Origin: an uncultured Alphaproteobacteria bacterium
GTDB taxonomy: Bacteria > Pseudomonadota > Alphaproteobacteria > Micropepsales > Micropepsaceae
Length of the DNA stretch: 64,000 bases
Direction of reading: 5' to 3'
Assembly: GCA_963849895.1 (NCBI GenBank)
Contig: CAWKIU010000003.1
Location: 206,114-270,113, forward strand
Shown here in pieces: positions 28,454 to 39,376 of the stretch (the first letter of the stretch is position 1; every line of letters starts with the position of its first letter). The position numbers and the translations under genes were made by a program. The notes below the pieces were generated by a model. It saw nothing but the letters and a program-made list of their open reading frames with translations. It searched no databases and was not told the DNA's origin.

Positions 28454-29959
28454 TTAAACGGCCCAACCTCTATTGAGGGCGTAGAAGACCTCGTTGGAGC
28501 GGAGCTCTTTGTGGAAGTCGCGGACTTTGGTGTCCTGGTCGATGAGGAGGAACTCGATATCGGCCATGACGGCGAAGTCTTCGAGCATCTCGGAGGTGAC
28601 GCCTTGGCTGAAGGCGGTGTGATGGGCGCCGCCCGCATAGATCCAAGCCGCGCAAGAGGTCTCCAGCGAAGGACGCGGCTTCCACACGGCCTGGGCCACC
28701 GGCAGCTTGGGCATCGGCTGGGGCGGGGCGATGACATCCACCTCGCTGGTCAGAAGCCGGAAGCGATTGCCCATGTCGATCAGCGTCGAGGCCGTGGCCA
28801 GCCCCGGCGGGGTGTTGAACACCAAGCGGGCCGGATCCATCTTGCCGCCGATCCCCAGGGGATGAACCTGCAGCGCGGGCTTGCGATCCGCGATGGAGGG
28901 ACAAACCTCCAGCATATGGGCCCCCAGCACGCACTGGCCCGCCGGGTCCAGGTGATAGGTGTAATCTTCCATGAAGGACGAGCCGCCCTTCAGACCGCTC
29001 GCCATGACCTTCACCGCGCGCAGCAGCGCCGCCGTCTTCCAGTCGCCCTCCGCGCCGAAGCCATAGCCCTCGGCCATCAGCCGCTGCACCGCCAGGCCTG
29101 GCAATTGCTCCAGACCGTGTAAATCCTCGAAGGTCGTGGTGAAGCCCTTGAAGCCGCCTTCCACCAGGAAGGCGCGCATCCCCGCCTCGATACGGGCCGC
29201 CTCGCGCACAAACTTGTGCCGGCTGCCGGTCTTGCGCAGGTCCGAGGTCACCTCGTAGAGGTCCTCATACGCCTCCACCAGATGGTCGATCTCTTTCTCG
29301 CCGACCGCGTTCACCCGGTCCACCAGATCGCCAACCCCGTAGCCGTTCACCGCATAGCCGAACTTGAACTGGGCCGAGACCTTGTCGCCCTCGGTCACCG
29401 CCACTTCGCGCATATTGTCGCCAAAGCGGGCGAACTTGGCCCCCTGCCAATCCGCCCAGCCCGCCGCCGCCCGCGCCCAGGCGCCAAGCTGCTGCTGCAC
29501 CGAGGCTTCGCGCCAATGGCCAACCACCACTTTGCGGTTCAGCCGCAGCCGGCTCCAGATGAAGCCGTGTTCGCGGTCGCCATGCGCCGCCTGGTTCAGG
29601 TTCATGAAATCCATGTCGATGCTGGACCATGGAATGTCGCGATTGTACTGGGTGTGCAGATGCGCCACGGGCTTGCGCAGCTGTTTCAGCCCGTTGATCC
29701 ACATCTTCGACGGCGAAAACGTGTGGCACCACAGCACAAGGCCGATACAGCCGGGCGCATTGTTGGCCGAAAGCATCAGTTCGGTAATCGAATCGGGCGA
29801 CACCAGAACCGGCTTGAACACCACCCGTACCGGCAGCGCCTCGTTCAGCGCGCCCGCGATCTCGCCCGAATCCCGCGCCACCTGCTTGAGCGTCTCGGGC
29901 CCGTACAAATGCTGGCTGCCCGTGACAAACCATACTTCAAGCGTCTTCAAATCACTCAT
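28454..29959 (-). CDS. araA: L-arabinose isomerase
   Basis: 501 aa. [22 protein letters not shown]-terminus, [32 protein letters not shown]. Full-length AraA layout. Confidence 0.9.
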   Translation of the reverse strand: MSDLKTLEVWFVTGSQHLYGPETLKQVARDSGEIAGALNEALPVRVVFKPVLVSPDSITELMLSANNAPGCIGLVLWCHTFSPSKMWINGLKQLRKPVAHLHTQYNRDIPWSSIDMDFMNLNQAAHGDREHGFIWSRLRLNRKVVVGHWREASVQQQLGAWARAAAGWADWQGAKFARFGDNMREVAVTEGDKVSAQFKFGYAVNGYGVGDLVDRVNAVGEKEIDHLVEAYEDLYEVTSDLRKTGSRHKFVREAARIEAGMRAFLVEGGFKGFTTTFEDLHGLEQLPGLAVQRLMAEGYGFGAEGDWKTAALLRAVKVMASGLKGGSSFMEDYTYHLDPAGQCVLGAHMLEVCPSIADRKPALQVHPLGIGGKMDPARLVFNTPPGLATASTLIDMGNRFRLLTSEVDVIAPPQPMPKLPVAQAVWKPRPSLETSCAAWIYAGGAHHTAFSQGVTSEMLEDFAVMADIEFLLIDQDTKVRDFHKELRSNEVFYALNRGWAV

Positions 29960-30590
29960 GGCGCTAAGCTCTTCCCTTGCTTCCTAGCCACCACCTTACC
30001 CCCCTTCACCCATAACCTCAATAATCAGACAAATACCGGCAACGCCCCGCGAGCCCGATTTTGTTTTGGTCCAGAAACTCGCTGTCCGGTAAACGAACGC
30101 TCTGCGTTCTGTGCGGCGGTGCGTAAATCCCGCGCGACGGGTTGGCGGGCGGCGGCGCGCAAATAAAGATGGTGGGCGCGACAGGATAAAACTGCGAACT
30201 GGGTTGTTATAGTCGGCCGGGAGACGGGGCCAAGCCGAACGAGAGCAGGTCGAGTGCTGTGTCTCACAAGACAGCGGCCTTGACTGCGCGCGCGAGTTCG
30301 CGGGGAATGGCCGCCCCTCCAATTGGAGACGTTCGCGCAAGCGGTTGGAGGGCAGAATTGCGCCATTTGCTGCCCTTCGTCGTCGCGCAAGTGCTTCGTC
30401 AAATCACCAAATGAGCGGATATCCACGATGACGCCCTGACGCCTAATCCCATCAAAGTTAACCGCAAACTATGACGCCAAAATCCGATGGGTGCCGTTGC
30501 GGCGACAAACCCAGTCTGCTGCAGCACCGGTAGCGCAATCCTGCCGAAGCAGGTATAGGAATACGTCAGACGCGACAGATTGCGGGCTCA

Positions 30591-30980
30591 ATGAGGACTG
30601 CCGCGATAGGAGTTTCAGTGGTTCGGCGCCAAAACTCCGGCTGGCGCTACTTCACCTGGATTCTGCTGGTTGCCTTCTCGCTGCAGTCCTACGTCACCCA
30701 GACCCATATCCACATCGCGCCACAATCGATCAACCACGCGACCGACGGCAAGCTTCTCGCGAGCACGCCCGCTCACAACAATTCCCCGGCCGAGGACGGC
30801 ACCAATGCCTGCCCCTTGTGCCAGGCGGTCGCCAATGCCGGTGCGTTCTTCGTGCCGGCCGCGCCAGTCCTTTTGCCGCCTGTCCTATGGGCCAAATCCA
30901 TCGCACTGCCAGCTTTGGCAGACGTGGTTGGTGGCGCCACCGCGCACGGCTGGCATAGTCGCGCGCCTCCACAGCTCTGA
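30591..30980 (+). CDS. DUF2946-like small membrane protein (HxH ... CPLC motifs)
   Basis: 129 aa, TM (WRYFTWILLVAFSL), QTHIHI and CPLCQAV motifs. Located upstream of the metal RND operon. Start codon uncertain. Confidence 0.55.
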   Translation: MRTAAIGVSVVRRQNSGWRYFTWILLVAFSLQSYVTQTHIHIAPQSINHATDGKLLASTPAHNNSPAEDGTNACPLCQAVANAGAFFVPAAPVLLPPVLWAKSIALPALADVVGGATAHGWHSRAPPQL

Positions 30981-31095
30981 AGCTCAAATTTGAACGCGTG
31001 TGACAGCCACGATTGTGGCATTGCACGCATTGCGCATTGACGGGTTCGCGTGGCCGGCCCGTCGACAGAGCGGTATCTCCTTTTGGAGTCCATCG

Positions 31096-32613
31096 ATGAG
31101 GCAAAGAGTTGAGGCGGTGAAATGCCCATCGGCGCGCCGCGCGCCGCATTTGGTTGCCCCCCTGACCTTGATGCTGCTCGCCGGTTGCGCGGTTGGTCCA
31201 GATTTCAAAAAACCTGCCGCGCCCGACGTGCGCGATTATACCGCCCAGCCATTGTCAACCACAGTCACCAGTAAGAATGTTTCCGGCGGAGAAGCGCAGC
31301 AATTCAACCCGGGCGCAGACATATCGGCAGACTGGTGGACCTTGTTTCATTCCCAGCCTCTCAGCAGCTTGATCGAGCAGGCTCTCGCCGCCAACCCGGA
31401 TCTCAAGGCGGCGCAGGCGGCGTTGTTGGCGGTGCACGAAAATGTTCTGGCCCAGCGCGGTGTCTATCTTCCCAGTATCTCCGCGGGCTTTTCCGCCACA
31501 CGTCAGTCGCAGCCGGCAACGCTGGCGCCTGTGCCGAGTTCGAATGCACTTCAGTACAATCTCTTTACCCCGCAGGTCAGCGTTTCGTATGTACCCGATG
31601 TCTTCGGCCTGAATCGCCGCACGACAGAATCTCTGGAAGCGCAGGAGCAGGTTGTTCGATATCAGATGATCGCGGCTTACAATACACTGACCGCCAATGT
31701 TGTCGTCACGGCGATCCAGCTGGCTTCGGTCGAGGCGCAGATCGAAGCGACCCGCGAACTCATCGCCGCCGATTCCAAGCTGGTCGAAATCCTCGAGTAT
31801 CAACAAGCCAAAGGCTATTCCAGCGGGCTCGATGTTGCCGCGCAGAAATCTCAACTCGCACAGGCAAATGCTCTCTTGCCGCCGCTCCTCAAACAATTCG
31901 CCCAGCTGCAGGACCTTCTTGCCGTCCTCACCGGCCGGTTCCCCAGTCAGGCACCGGTCGAAAAGTTCGAACTTACGAGTTTGCAGCTGCCGCAGGAATT
32001 GCCGGTGAGTTTGCCGTCAAAACTCGTGGCGCAGCGTCCCGACGTTCTCCAGGCCGAGGCGAACCTGCACGCCGCCAGCGCGCAGATCGGGATCGCCGTG
32101 GCGAACCGTTTGCCGAATTTCGAACTGACGGGCAATGCGGGCAGCGCGGCGCTGTTCATCAATCAGCTGTTCACGCCGGGTACGGGTTTCTGGAGCCTGG
32201 GCGCGGCCGTGACGGCGCCAATCTTCCAGGGCGGCACTTTGTTGCATCAGGAGCGCGCCGCGCGCGCGACTTATGATCAGGCTTCCCAGGAATATCGCAG
32301 TACGGTCCTCACGGCATTCCAGAATGTCGCCGACACGCTGACGGCGCTGCAGCAAGACGCCGAGGCCTTGAAAGCGGCTTCCGCCGCCGCGGACGCGGCC
32401 AAGGTGACGCTGGACCTGGCGCAGCGCCAACTGCAGGACGGCTATGCCGGTTATCCCACACTGCTGAATGCGGAACAAAGCTATCAACAAGCCAGGATCA
32501 ATCTCGTGCAGGCTCAAGCTAGTCGTTTTGCAGACACGGCCGCGCTGTTTCAGGCGCTTGGCGGTGGCTGGTGGCATCGCACAGAACTGGCCGGAGACGA
32601 TCATGGGAAATAA
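31096..32613 (+). CDS. efflux transporter outer membrane factor lipoprotein (NodT family)
   Basis: Start at MRQRVEAV; lipobox LLAGC followed by AVGPDFKKPA. Two OEP repeats; C-terminal ALGGGW. Confidence 0.85.
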   Translation: MRQRVEAVKCPSARRAPHLVAPLTLMLLAGCAVGPDFKKPAAPDVRDYTAQPLSTTVTSKNVSGGEAQQFNPGADISADWWTLFHSQPLSSLIEQALAANPDLKAAQAALLAVHENVLAQRGVYLPSISAGFSATRQSQPATLAPVPSSNALQYNLFTPQVSVSYVPDVFGLNRRTTESLEAQEQVVRYQMIAAYNTLTANVVVTAIQLASVEAQIEATRELIAADSKLVEILEYQQAKGYSSGLDVAAQKSQLAQANALLPPLLKQFAQLQDLLAVLTGRFPSQAPVEKFELTSLQLPQELPVSLPSKLVAQRPDVLQAEANLHAASAQIGIAVANRLPNFELTGNAGSAALFINQLFTPGTGFWSLGAAVTAPIFQGGTLLHQERAARATYDQASQEYRSTVLTAFQNVADTLTALQQDAEALKAASAAADAAKVTLDLAQRQLQDGYAGYPTLLNAEQSYQQARINLVQAQASRFADTAALFQALGGGWWHRTELAGDDHGK

Positions 32614-33787
32614 TCATCAATCAGTCATGGCGCCTTGGCGTGAACAAAGTTGGTATCCGCGCGCATTTGCGACGGTCATCGCGGCGCTGGTGGCCATTTC
32701 ACTCGCCGGCTGTTCACCAAAATCAGACGACAGCGCGAAATCATCAGACACGGCCGGCAGCGTCACGCTGACGGCGGCCCAGCGACAGAATATCCATCTC
32801 TATACCGTCGCTGTGTCGAAGTTTCATACGACGATCGAGACCAGTGGCGTCGTCGATTTCGACAACGACCATGCCACGAGCGTGTTGGCGCCATTCTCCG
32901 GTCCGGTGTCGCGCCTCCTCGTTTCCCAAGGCCAGCAGGTCCATAAGGGCGAGCCGCTGGCGGAAGTCGATTCCTCCGACTTCGCCGCTGCGGTCGGCGC
33001 CTACCGCAAAACGCTCGCCGCAGCCCGCGCGGCTCGCCGGCTGGCCGATCTCGACAAGGACCTGTTCCAGCATCAGGGCGTTTCGCGGCGCGAAGAAGAG
33101 CAGGCGAAATCCGATGCCGTCGGCGCCGAGTCCGACAGGGATGCGGCGCTGCAGGCACTCGTCTCGCTCAACGTCGACCCGCAAACGATCAAAGGCATCC
33201 AGGACGGGCGGCCCGTCGCGCGATCCCAGGGCACGATACGCACTCCGATTGCTGGGACCGTGGTGGAGAAACTCATCACGCCCGGTGAAATTCTGACGGC
33301 GGGTACTACGCCATGCTTTACAGTCGCCGATCTTTCGCATGTCTGGGTCATGGCGCAGGTCTTCGGCTCCGATATCGGCTCGGTTTCGCCCGGCGATTCA
33401 GCGGAGATCGAGACTGGCATTTCAAAAAACCTTACCGGCAAGGTGGACAACATTTCGGCCGAAGTGAACCCCGACACACGTTCAGTGTCCGTGCGCGTAA
33501 TCGTCGAGAACCCCGGCGATCTTCTCAAAAAGCAGATGTATGTCCGCGCCCTGATCCACTCCCGTCAAGAAAGTGCTGGACTGCTGGTCCCTGTATCGGC
33601 GGTCTTGCGCGATGATGAGAACCTGCCCTTCGTTTACGTAGCTCGACGCGACGGCAGCTTCGCGCGACAGTCCGTTACTCTGGGTAACCAGACCGAGGAT
33701 CGCTACGACATCACCGCGGGTCTCAAGACCGGCGACAAGGTCGTTACCGACGGCGCCCTTTTCATCCAGTTCATGCAGAACCAATGA
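32603..33787 (+). CDS. efflux RND periplasmic adaptor (CusB/CzcB-like)
   Basis: Start at MGNNHQSV (11-nt overlap with the OMF gene), lipobox SLAGC. Barrel-sandwich/hairpin segments GEPLAEVDSSDFAAAVGAY...IRTPIAGTVVEK. Confidence 0.85.
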   Translation: MGNNHQSVMAPWREQSWYPRAFATVIAALVAISLAGCSPKSDDSAKSSDTAGSVTLTAAQRQNIHLYTVAVSKFHTTIETSGVVDFDNDHATSVLAPFSGPVSRLLVSQGQQVHKGEPLAEVDSSDFAAAVGAYRKTLAAARAARRLADLDKDLFQHQGVSRREEEQAKSDAVGAESDRDAALQALVSLNVDPQTIKGIQDGRPVARSQGTIRTPIAGTVVEKLITPGEILTAGTTPCFTVADLSHVWVMAQVFGSDIGSVSPGDSAEIETGISKNLTGKVDNISAEVNPDTRSVSVRVIVENPGDLLKKQMYVRALIHSRQESAGLLVPVSAVLRDDENLPFVYVARRDGSFARQSVTLGNQTEDRYDITAGLKTGDKVVTDGALFIQFMQNQ

Positions 33788-36700
33788 GCGATCCAGCCAA
33801 CGAGCCCGTGCCGCGGACCGCTTCGATCATGAACCGGATCGTTGCCTCCTCCCTGGGGCAGCGTCTGCTCGTTGTTCTCATCACGCTCGTACTAATCATT
33901 GCCGGGACGCGATCGCTCGATCGCCTGCCGGTGGATGCCTATCCCGATCTCTCTCCGCCTATGGTCGAGATCATCACCCAATGGCCCGGTCACGCCGCCG
34001 AGGAGGTGGAGCGGCTCATCACCGTGCCCATCGAACAGGATATGAACGGCATTCCACGAACCGCCGCGATCCGGTCGATCTCGCTCTATGGATTGTCCGA
34101 TGTCATCCTCACCTTTGACGATGGAACGGACAACTATTTCGCCCGCGAGCAAGTGTTCAATCGGATGTCAGGTCTTGGTTTGCCGGACGGCGTGACGCCT
34201 TCTGTGTCACCGCTCGCCTCGCCTTCGGGCCTTATCTATCGCTACGTGCTGCAGAGTTCCGACCGGTCGCCGATGGAGCTCAAGACCATCGAAGACTGGA
34301 TCGTCGAGCCCCAATACAAATCCGTTCCCGGCGTTGCAGACGATTCGGGGTTCGGCGGTGGGACCATGCAGTACCAAGTGCTGCTCGATCCGACCAGGAT
34401 CGCCGGCGCCGGTTTGTCGGTGGCGCAGGTGGAGAGCGCGCTTGCGGCCAACAACAGCAACGCCGGCGGCGGGTTCTATACGCAAGGTACTCAGTTCTAT
34501 TATGTGCGCGGCAAGGGGCGCCTCAATACGCTGGAAGATATCGGCAATGTTGTGCTGACGGTGCACAACGGCACCCCGGTGTTGGTGAAGGACGTGGGCC
34601 GCGTCGTCATCGGCATTGCGCCGCGTCTGGGCGAGTTCGGATACGAGAAACAGGACGACGCCGTAGAGGGTGTCATCCTGATGCGCACGGGAGAGAAGAC
34701 ACAGGACGTCTTGAAACGGGTTGAGGCGAAGACGGCGGAACTCAACAACAACGTGCTGCCTAAGGACGTTAAGATTCATCCTTTTTACGATCGCAGCGAT
34801 CTGATCGCGCTAACGACACGGGTCGTGACGGATAACTTGTTGCGCGGGGTATTCCTGGTTCTCGTCGTTCTCATTTTCTTTCTCTACGATTTTCGCGCCG
34901 GAATGATCGTCGCGATCACCATTCCGTTGGCCCTGCTATTCGCGTTCGTCTGTCTCGATATCCAGGGTGCCTCCGCCAATCTTCTTTCCATCGGTGCAAT
35001 TGATTTCGGCATTCTGGTGGATGGCGCGGTATTCATGGTCGAGAACATCTTTCGTCAGATCGCGCTGCATCAGGAGCGTCCCCTTGACGTTGTTGCGATC
35101 ATAAAGGAGGCCGCGGCCGAGGTGGACCGCCCATTGTTCTACGCGGTCGCGGTGATCGTGGTCAGCTTCTTGCCGATCTATGTCCTGTCGGGGCCATCCG
35201 GGACGCTGTTCAAGCCGATGGCGGACACCATGGTCTTCGCGTTGGTCGGCTCTCTGATCGTCACGCTCACGCTGCTGCCGGTGCTGTGCTCGTGGTTCAT
35301 GCGCAATGGCGTGCAGGAGCGGCACAACGCGGCGCTCGAAGCCATCAAATCGGCTTACATCAAGGGTCTCGATTATTGTCTTGCCCGTCCCTGGGCGACG
35401 ACTTTTGCATCGGTCGGATTGCTTGTGGGTTCGCTGCTGCTTATACCCAGCATCGGCGCCGAGTTCATGCCGCATCTGGACGAAGGTGCGCTGTGGGTGC
35501 GTGCAACCATGCCTTATACGATTTCCTTCGACGAAGCGGCGAAGGTCGCTCCGAAGGTACGGGATATCCTGCGTTCTTTTCCCCAGGTCACCACAGTCGC
35601 GTCGGAGTTGGGTCGGCCGGACGACGGAACCGATGCCACCGGGTTCTACAACGTCGAATTCTATGTCGGGCTCAAGCCCTATGCGCAATGGACCGGCCCC
35701 TATCGCACCAAGCCGCAGCTGACCAAGGCCATCGACGAAAAGCTCAAGCAGTTTCCCGGAATCGATTTCAACTACACCCAGCCGGCCGAGGACGCGGTGG
35801 ACGAGGCTGAAACGGGGTTGAAGAGCGCGCTCGCCGTCAAGATCTTCGGCTCAGATCTGGATACGCTTCAGCAGAAGGCCAAGGCCATCAAGAAAGTCCT
35901 GGAGAGCGTGCGCGGAATCACGGATGTGACGCTGGTGAAAGAACTCGGGCAGCCTAGCCTCACCATCGACATCGATCGCGCCAAGATCGCGCGCTACGGG
36001 TTGAACGTCGCCGACATCAACGGCCTGATCCAGACCGCCATCGGGGGAGACGTGGCGACCCAAGTGGTGCAGGGCGAAAAGCAGTTCGATCTGGTGGTCC
36101 GTCTCGAACGCCAATTCCGGGATAACGCTGCGAAGATCGGCAACATTCCGGTGCTGACGTCGGGAGGACAGGAAATCCCGCTCAAGGAACTCGCGAATAT
36201 TCAGGTGACGAACGGCGCGTCTCTCATCTATCGGGAGGACAATTCGCGCTATATCGGAGTCCAGTTCTCGGTGGAGGGGCGCGATCTGGCTGACGCGGTC
36301 GGCGATGCCATCCGCAAAGTTGACAGACAGATCACCCTGCCACAAGGCTACCGTTTGGACTGGGGCGGAGAATACACGGAATACACCGCTTCGAGCCAGC
36401 AACTGAGCGTCATTCTTCCGCTCACCCTGGCCCTCATATTTTTTCTTCTCTTTGTGCTCTACAGCAATTTCAAATTTCCATTCATCACACTGCTCGGCGT
36501 ATTGCTGTCGGCACCGGTGGGTGGTCTCTTGGCGCTCTGGATCACGGGCACGCCGTTTTCGGTCAGTTCCGGGGTGGGCTTCCTTGCCCTGTTCGGCGTC
36601 TCCGTGCTGACGGCTGTCGTTTATATATCTTATGTCAACGAGCTTCGCCGCGCCGGCACGCCCGTCGCCGAGGCCATTCGTCAAGGCGCGATCCTGCGGC

Positions 36701-36903
36701 TGCGCCCGATCATGATGACAGCGCTCGTTGCTTCGTTGGGCCTATTGCCCGCGGCGCTGGCTTCTGGCGTCGGCACCGACTCCCAGAAACCGTTCGCGCT
36801 GGTCATTGTCGGCGGGCTGCTCACGCGCCTGGTGATCAGCGTCTTTCTGATGCCGGTCCTTTACGCGCTGGTGGCGCGCTTCGGCGACAGGCTGGAAGTG
36901 TGA
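33784..36903 (+). CDS. CusA/CzcA-family heavy-metal efflux RND permease
   Basis: 1039 aa with 12-TM RND layout. VDAYPDLSPPMVEIITQWPG, GAIDFGILVDGAVFMVENI. ATGA overlap with the adaptor gene. Confidence 0.93.
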   Translation: MSDPANEPVPRTASIMNRIVASSLGQRLLVVLITLVLIIAGTRSLDRLPVDAYPDLSPPMVEIITQWPGHAAEEVERLITVPIEQDMNGIPRTAAIRSISLYGLSDVILTFDDGTDNYFAREQVFNRMSGLGLPDGVTPSVSPLASPSGLIYRYVLQSSDRSPMELKTIEDWIVEPQYKSVPGVADDSGFGGGTMQYQVLLDPTRIAGAGLSVAQVESALAANNSNAGGGFYTQGTQFYYVRGKGRLNTLEDIGNVVLTVHNGTPVLVKDVGRVVIGIAPRLGEFGYEKQDDAVEGVILMRTGEKTQDVLKRVEAKTAELNNNVLPKDVKIHPFYDRSDLIALTTRVVTDNLLRGVFLVLVVLIFFLYDFRAGMIVAITIPLALLFAFVCLDIQGASANLLSIGAIDFGILVDGAVFMVENIFRQIALHQERPLDVVAIIKEAAAEVDRPLFYAVAVIVVSFLPIYVLSGPSGTLFKPMADTMVFALVGSLIVTLTLLPVLCSWFMRNGVQERHNAALEAIKSAYIKGLDYCLARPWATTFASVGLLVGSLLLIPSIGAEFMPHLDEGALWVRATMPYTISFDEAAKVAPKVRDILRSFPQVTTVASELGRPDDGTDATGFYNVEFYVGLKPYAQWTGPYRTKPQLTKAIDEKLKQFPGIDFNYTQPAEDAVDEAETGLKSALAVKIFGSDLDTLQQKAKAIKKVLESVRGITDVTLVKELGQPSLTIDIDRAKIARYGLNVADINGLIQTAIGGDVATQVVQGEKQFDLVVRLERQFRDNAAKIGNIPVLTSGGQEIPLKELANIQVTNGASLIYREDNSRYIGVQFSVEGRDLADAVGDAIRKVDRQITLPQGYRLDWGGEYTEYTASSQQLSVILPLTLALIFFLLFVLYSNFKFPFITLLGVLLSAPVGGLLALWITGTPFSVSSGVGFLALFGVSVLTAVVYISYVNELRRAGTPVAEAIRQGAILRLRPIMMTALVASLGLLPAALASGVGTDSQKPFALVIVGGLLTRLVISVFLMPVLYALVARFGDRLEV

Positions 36904-37140
36904 TCCGTGGCTTTTTCGATGTCCGCAAATTGCGCATCTTCCCCGTAGCGTAGATGGCCGCTTTCAACCCAGACTACCCGTTCAGGATAGGTCCGAAATG
37001 CGCCACAAGTTGCCATTGAGTTATCGCTGATCTGCTCGTAACCATTGTTCTATCGCGCCCATGGCAGGCAATCGGGCCGCATCCGTGGTCCGCATTAATC
37101 GCGGGATAACAATTGTTGAGTTTGCTCTAATGGAAGCCCT

Positions 37141-38166
37141 TTGATGATATCCGACGAGACAGACGTGCTGGGCACTGCTGTGCGCTGGATCGGCGAAGGG
37201 CGAAAAGTCGTGCTGGGCACGGTGGTGAAGACGTGGGGCTCCGCGCCGCGCTTGGCCGGAGGACAGATCGCGGTGCGCGACGACGGCGCCTTTGCCGGTT
37301 CAGTGTCAGGCGGCTGCGTCGAAGGCGCGGTGATCGAGCAGGCCTTGGCCGCGATGCAAGACGGCAAGGTGCGCAGGCTCGCGTTCGGGGTGACAGACGC
37401 AGAAGCGTGGTCGGTCGGCCTGGCTTGCGGCGGGCAGATCGAGATATTCGTCGAGCCGCTAACCGGCACCAAGGCGCACGAATCGCTTCTAGCGCTGAAC
37501 CGCGCGCACCTTGAATTTCGAAGCATCGTGCGCGCCGTCGATCTGGCGACCGGCGAAAATCGCGTCATTGAGCCCGGTTTGAATTCCTCGCCGTTGGGCT
37601 CTGCCGCGGACAAGGCCATCGACAGCGATCTAAGCGGCATCGTCGAGATCGGCGGCCGCCAATGGTTTCTGGCGGTTTCGAATCCGCCGGTCGATCTGGT
37701 CATTGTCGGCGCCGTGCATATCGCGCAGATATTGGCGAAGATGGCCTCGCTCACGGGCTACCGCGTCCGCGTGATCGACCCGCGCCAGTCCTACGCCACG
37801 GAACTGCGGTTTCCCGGCGTCACTCTTTGCCATGAATGGCCGGATGAGGCGCTGGCCGGCATTCCGCTTGGCTCTCGCAGCGCCCTCGTCACCTTGACGC
37901 ATGACCCCAAGCTCGACGATCCCGCACTCGCCGCGGCGCTCGATTCCAAAGCCTTCTATATCGGGGCGTTGGGTTCGCGAAGAACGCATGGCGCACGGCT
38001 CGCGCGCCTCAAGGAGCGTGGCTATTCCCACACAGCGCTAGCGCGCATCCACGGACCGGTCGGGCTTGCGATCGGGGCGGTAACACCGGAGGAAATCGCC
38101 TTGTCCATCATCGCCCACATCACTCAGCGCCTTCGCGTGCGGCCGACCGAAGGCCGCGGGCCTTGA
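37141..38166 (+). CDS. xdhC: XdhC/CoxI-family molybdoenzyme maturation protein
   Basis: 341 aa. GSAPRLAGGQIAVRDDGAFAGSVSGGCVE, Rossmann part LVIVGAVHIAQILAKMA, IGALGSRRTHGARL. Confidence 0.85.
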   Translation: MMISDETDVLGTAVRWIGEGRKVVLGTVVKTWGSAPRLAGGQIAVRDDGAFAGSVSGGCVEGAVIEQALAAMQDGKVRRLAFGVTDAEAWSVGLACGGQIEIFVEPLTGTKAHESLLALNRAHLEFRSIVRAVDLATGENRVIEPGLNSSPLGSAADKAIDSDLSGIVEIGGRQWFLAVSNPPVDLVIVGAVHIAQILAKMASLTGYRVRVIDPRQSYATELRFPGVTLCHEWPDEALAGIPLGSRSALVTLTHDPKLDDPALAAALDSKAFYIGALGSRRTHGARLARLKERGYSHTALARIHGPVGLAIGAVTPEEIALSIIAHITQRLRVRPTEGRGP

Positions 38167-38774
38167 ACGCTCACAGGATCAGCGCGGCCGTTCTGGCGGC
38201 GGGCACCTCGTCGCGCATGGGCGCAGACAAATTGCTGTTGCCGCTCGCGGACAAACCATTAGTCCGTCACGTCGTCGAAGCGGCGTGCGCCAGTTGCGCC
38301 TCGCCGGTCGTTGTCGTCATCGGTCATGCGGGAGCGCGGATCGCGGCAACGCTTGCCGGATTGGACGTCTGCTTCGTGGAGAACAGGGAATTCTCCGGAG
38401 GACTGAGCAGTTCGCTTGTCTGCGGGCTCAAAGCATTGCCGGCAGAGTGCGACGGCACCGCGATCGTCCTTGGTGACATGCCTTTTGTCGCGCCGCAGAT
38501 AGTCGATGACCTGATCGCGGCCTTCGACCCGGCCCGTGGGCGCACTATCTGCGTTCCTACGTTCCAAGGCAGGCGCGGCAATCCAGTGGTCTGGGCGCGG
38601 GAATTTTTTCCGGAGATGCTGGCGCTTAAAGGCGATTCGGGCGCCAAGCGTTTGATGGGAGCGCACGCAGAGCGGGTGTGCGAGGTGGAGGCAGCGGACG
38701 ACGGGGTGCTGGTCGACATCGACACACCCGAGGATCTGGCGGCGTTTGCGTCGCGCCTTGCCAAGCGGCCGTAA
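38163..38774 (+). CDS. MobA-like nucleotidyltransferase (molybdenum cofactor cytidylyltransferase-type)
   Basis: 203 aa. AAVLAAGTSSRMGADKLLLPL, LGDMPFV, GRRGNPVVW. TTGA overlap with xdhC. Confidence 0.75.
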   Translation: MNAHRISAAVLAAGTSSRMGADKLLLPLADKPLVRHVVEAACASCASPVVVVIGHAGARIAATLAGLDVCFVENREFSGGLSSSLVCGLKALPAECDGTAIVLGDMPFVAPQIVDDLIAAFDPARGRTICVPTFQGRRGNPVVWAREFFPEMLALKGDSGAKRLMGAHAERVCEVEAADDGVLVDIDTPEDLAAFASRLAKRP

Positions 38775-38883
38775 CCGGGCTTTTCGGCGGGTCGTGAAAA
38801 TTTGATCCGCCAATCGTTCCTTCCTGCGGTGATTTGTGTATCGTTAGGGGCAACGCCGCAGAGTGCGCCGAAGGAGGGCGGTC

Positions 38884-39372
38884 ATGCGATACAGCCTTCG
38901 CATCAATGGTCAGACCCGTGCGGTCGATGTTGATAGTGACACTCCGCTACTATGGGTGCTGCGCGATGCGGTCGATCTGAAAGGCACGAAATTCGGCTGC
39001 GGCGTGGGCCTTTGCGGCGCCTGCACGGTTCATATTGACGGGGCCGCGGTGCGCTCCTGCCTGACGCCGGTTTCCGCTGTCGGAAAGTCCGCGATCACGA
39101 CCATCGAAGGGATCGGCAATACGCCCGTCGGTGCGCGGTTGCAGAAAGCGTGGCTGGATGTCGATGTCCTGCAATGCGGCTATTGCCAGCCCGGCCAGAT
39201 CATGTCGGCGGCGGCCCTGCTCGCGCGGAACAAAGCGCCGAACGACGCAGATATCGAATCCGCCATGAACGGCAATGTCTGCCGCTGCGGTACCTATCTG
39301 CGCATCCGCGAAGCCGTCAAGCAGGCCGCAAGCGAGCGTTTCGGCGCGGTCTCCGCCAAAAAGAAAGCGTGA
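38884..39372 (+). CDS. (2Fe-2S)-binding small subunit of an aldehyde/isoquinoline oxidoreductase-type molybdoenzyme
   Basis: Start at [10 protein letters not shown] with [21 protein letters not shown] and [11 protein letters not shown]...CRCGTY cluster motifs. Confidence 0.9.
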   Translation: MRYSLRINGQTRAVDVDSDTPLLWVLRDAVDLKGTKFGCGVGLCGACTVHIDGAAVRSCLTPVSAVGKSAITTIEGIGNTPVGARLQKAWLDVDVLQCGYCQPGQIMSAAALLARNKAPNDADIESAMNGNVCRCGTYLRIREAVKQAASERFGAVSAKKKA

Positions 39373-39376
39373 AGCC

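Noticed and set aside
28391-30166. Several 150-316-aa ORFs overlapping araA on both strands
   Set aside because: They are shadow ORFs of the very GC-rich araA gene. Only the 501-aa minus-strand frame has AraA motifs.
30000-30590. Possible riboswitch, leader or small ORFs in the 600-nt gap upstream of the DUF2946/RND operon
   Set aside because: I could not match any riboswitch core (B12 box, NiCo/czcD-type junction) by eye. The ORFs 29996-30426 look compositional. A covariance-model scan would be needed.
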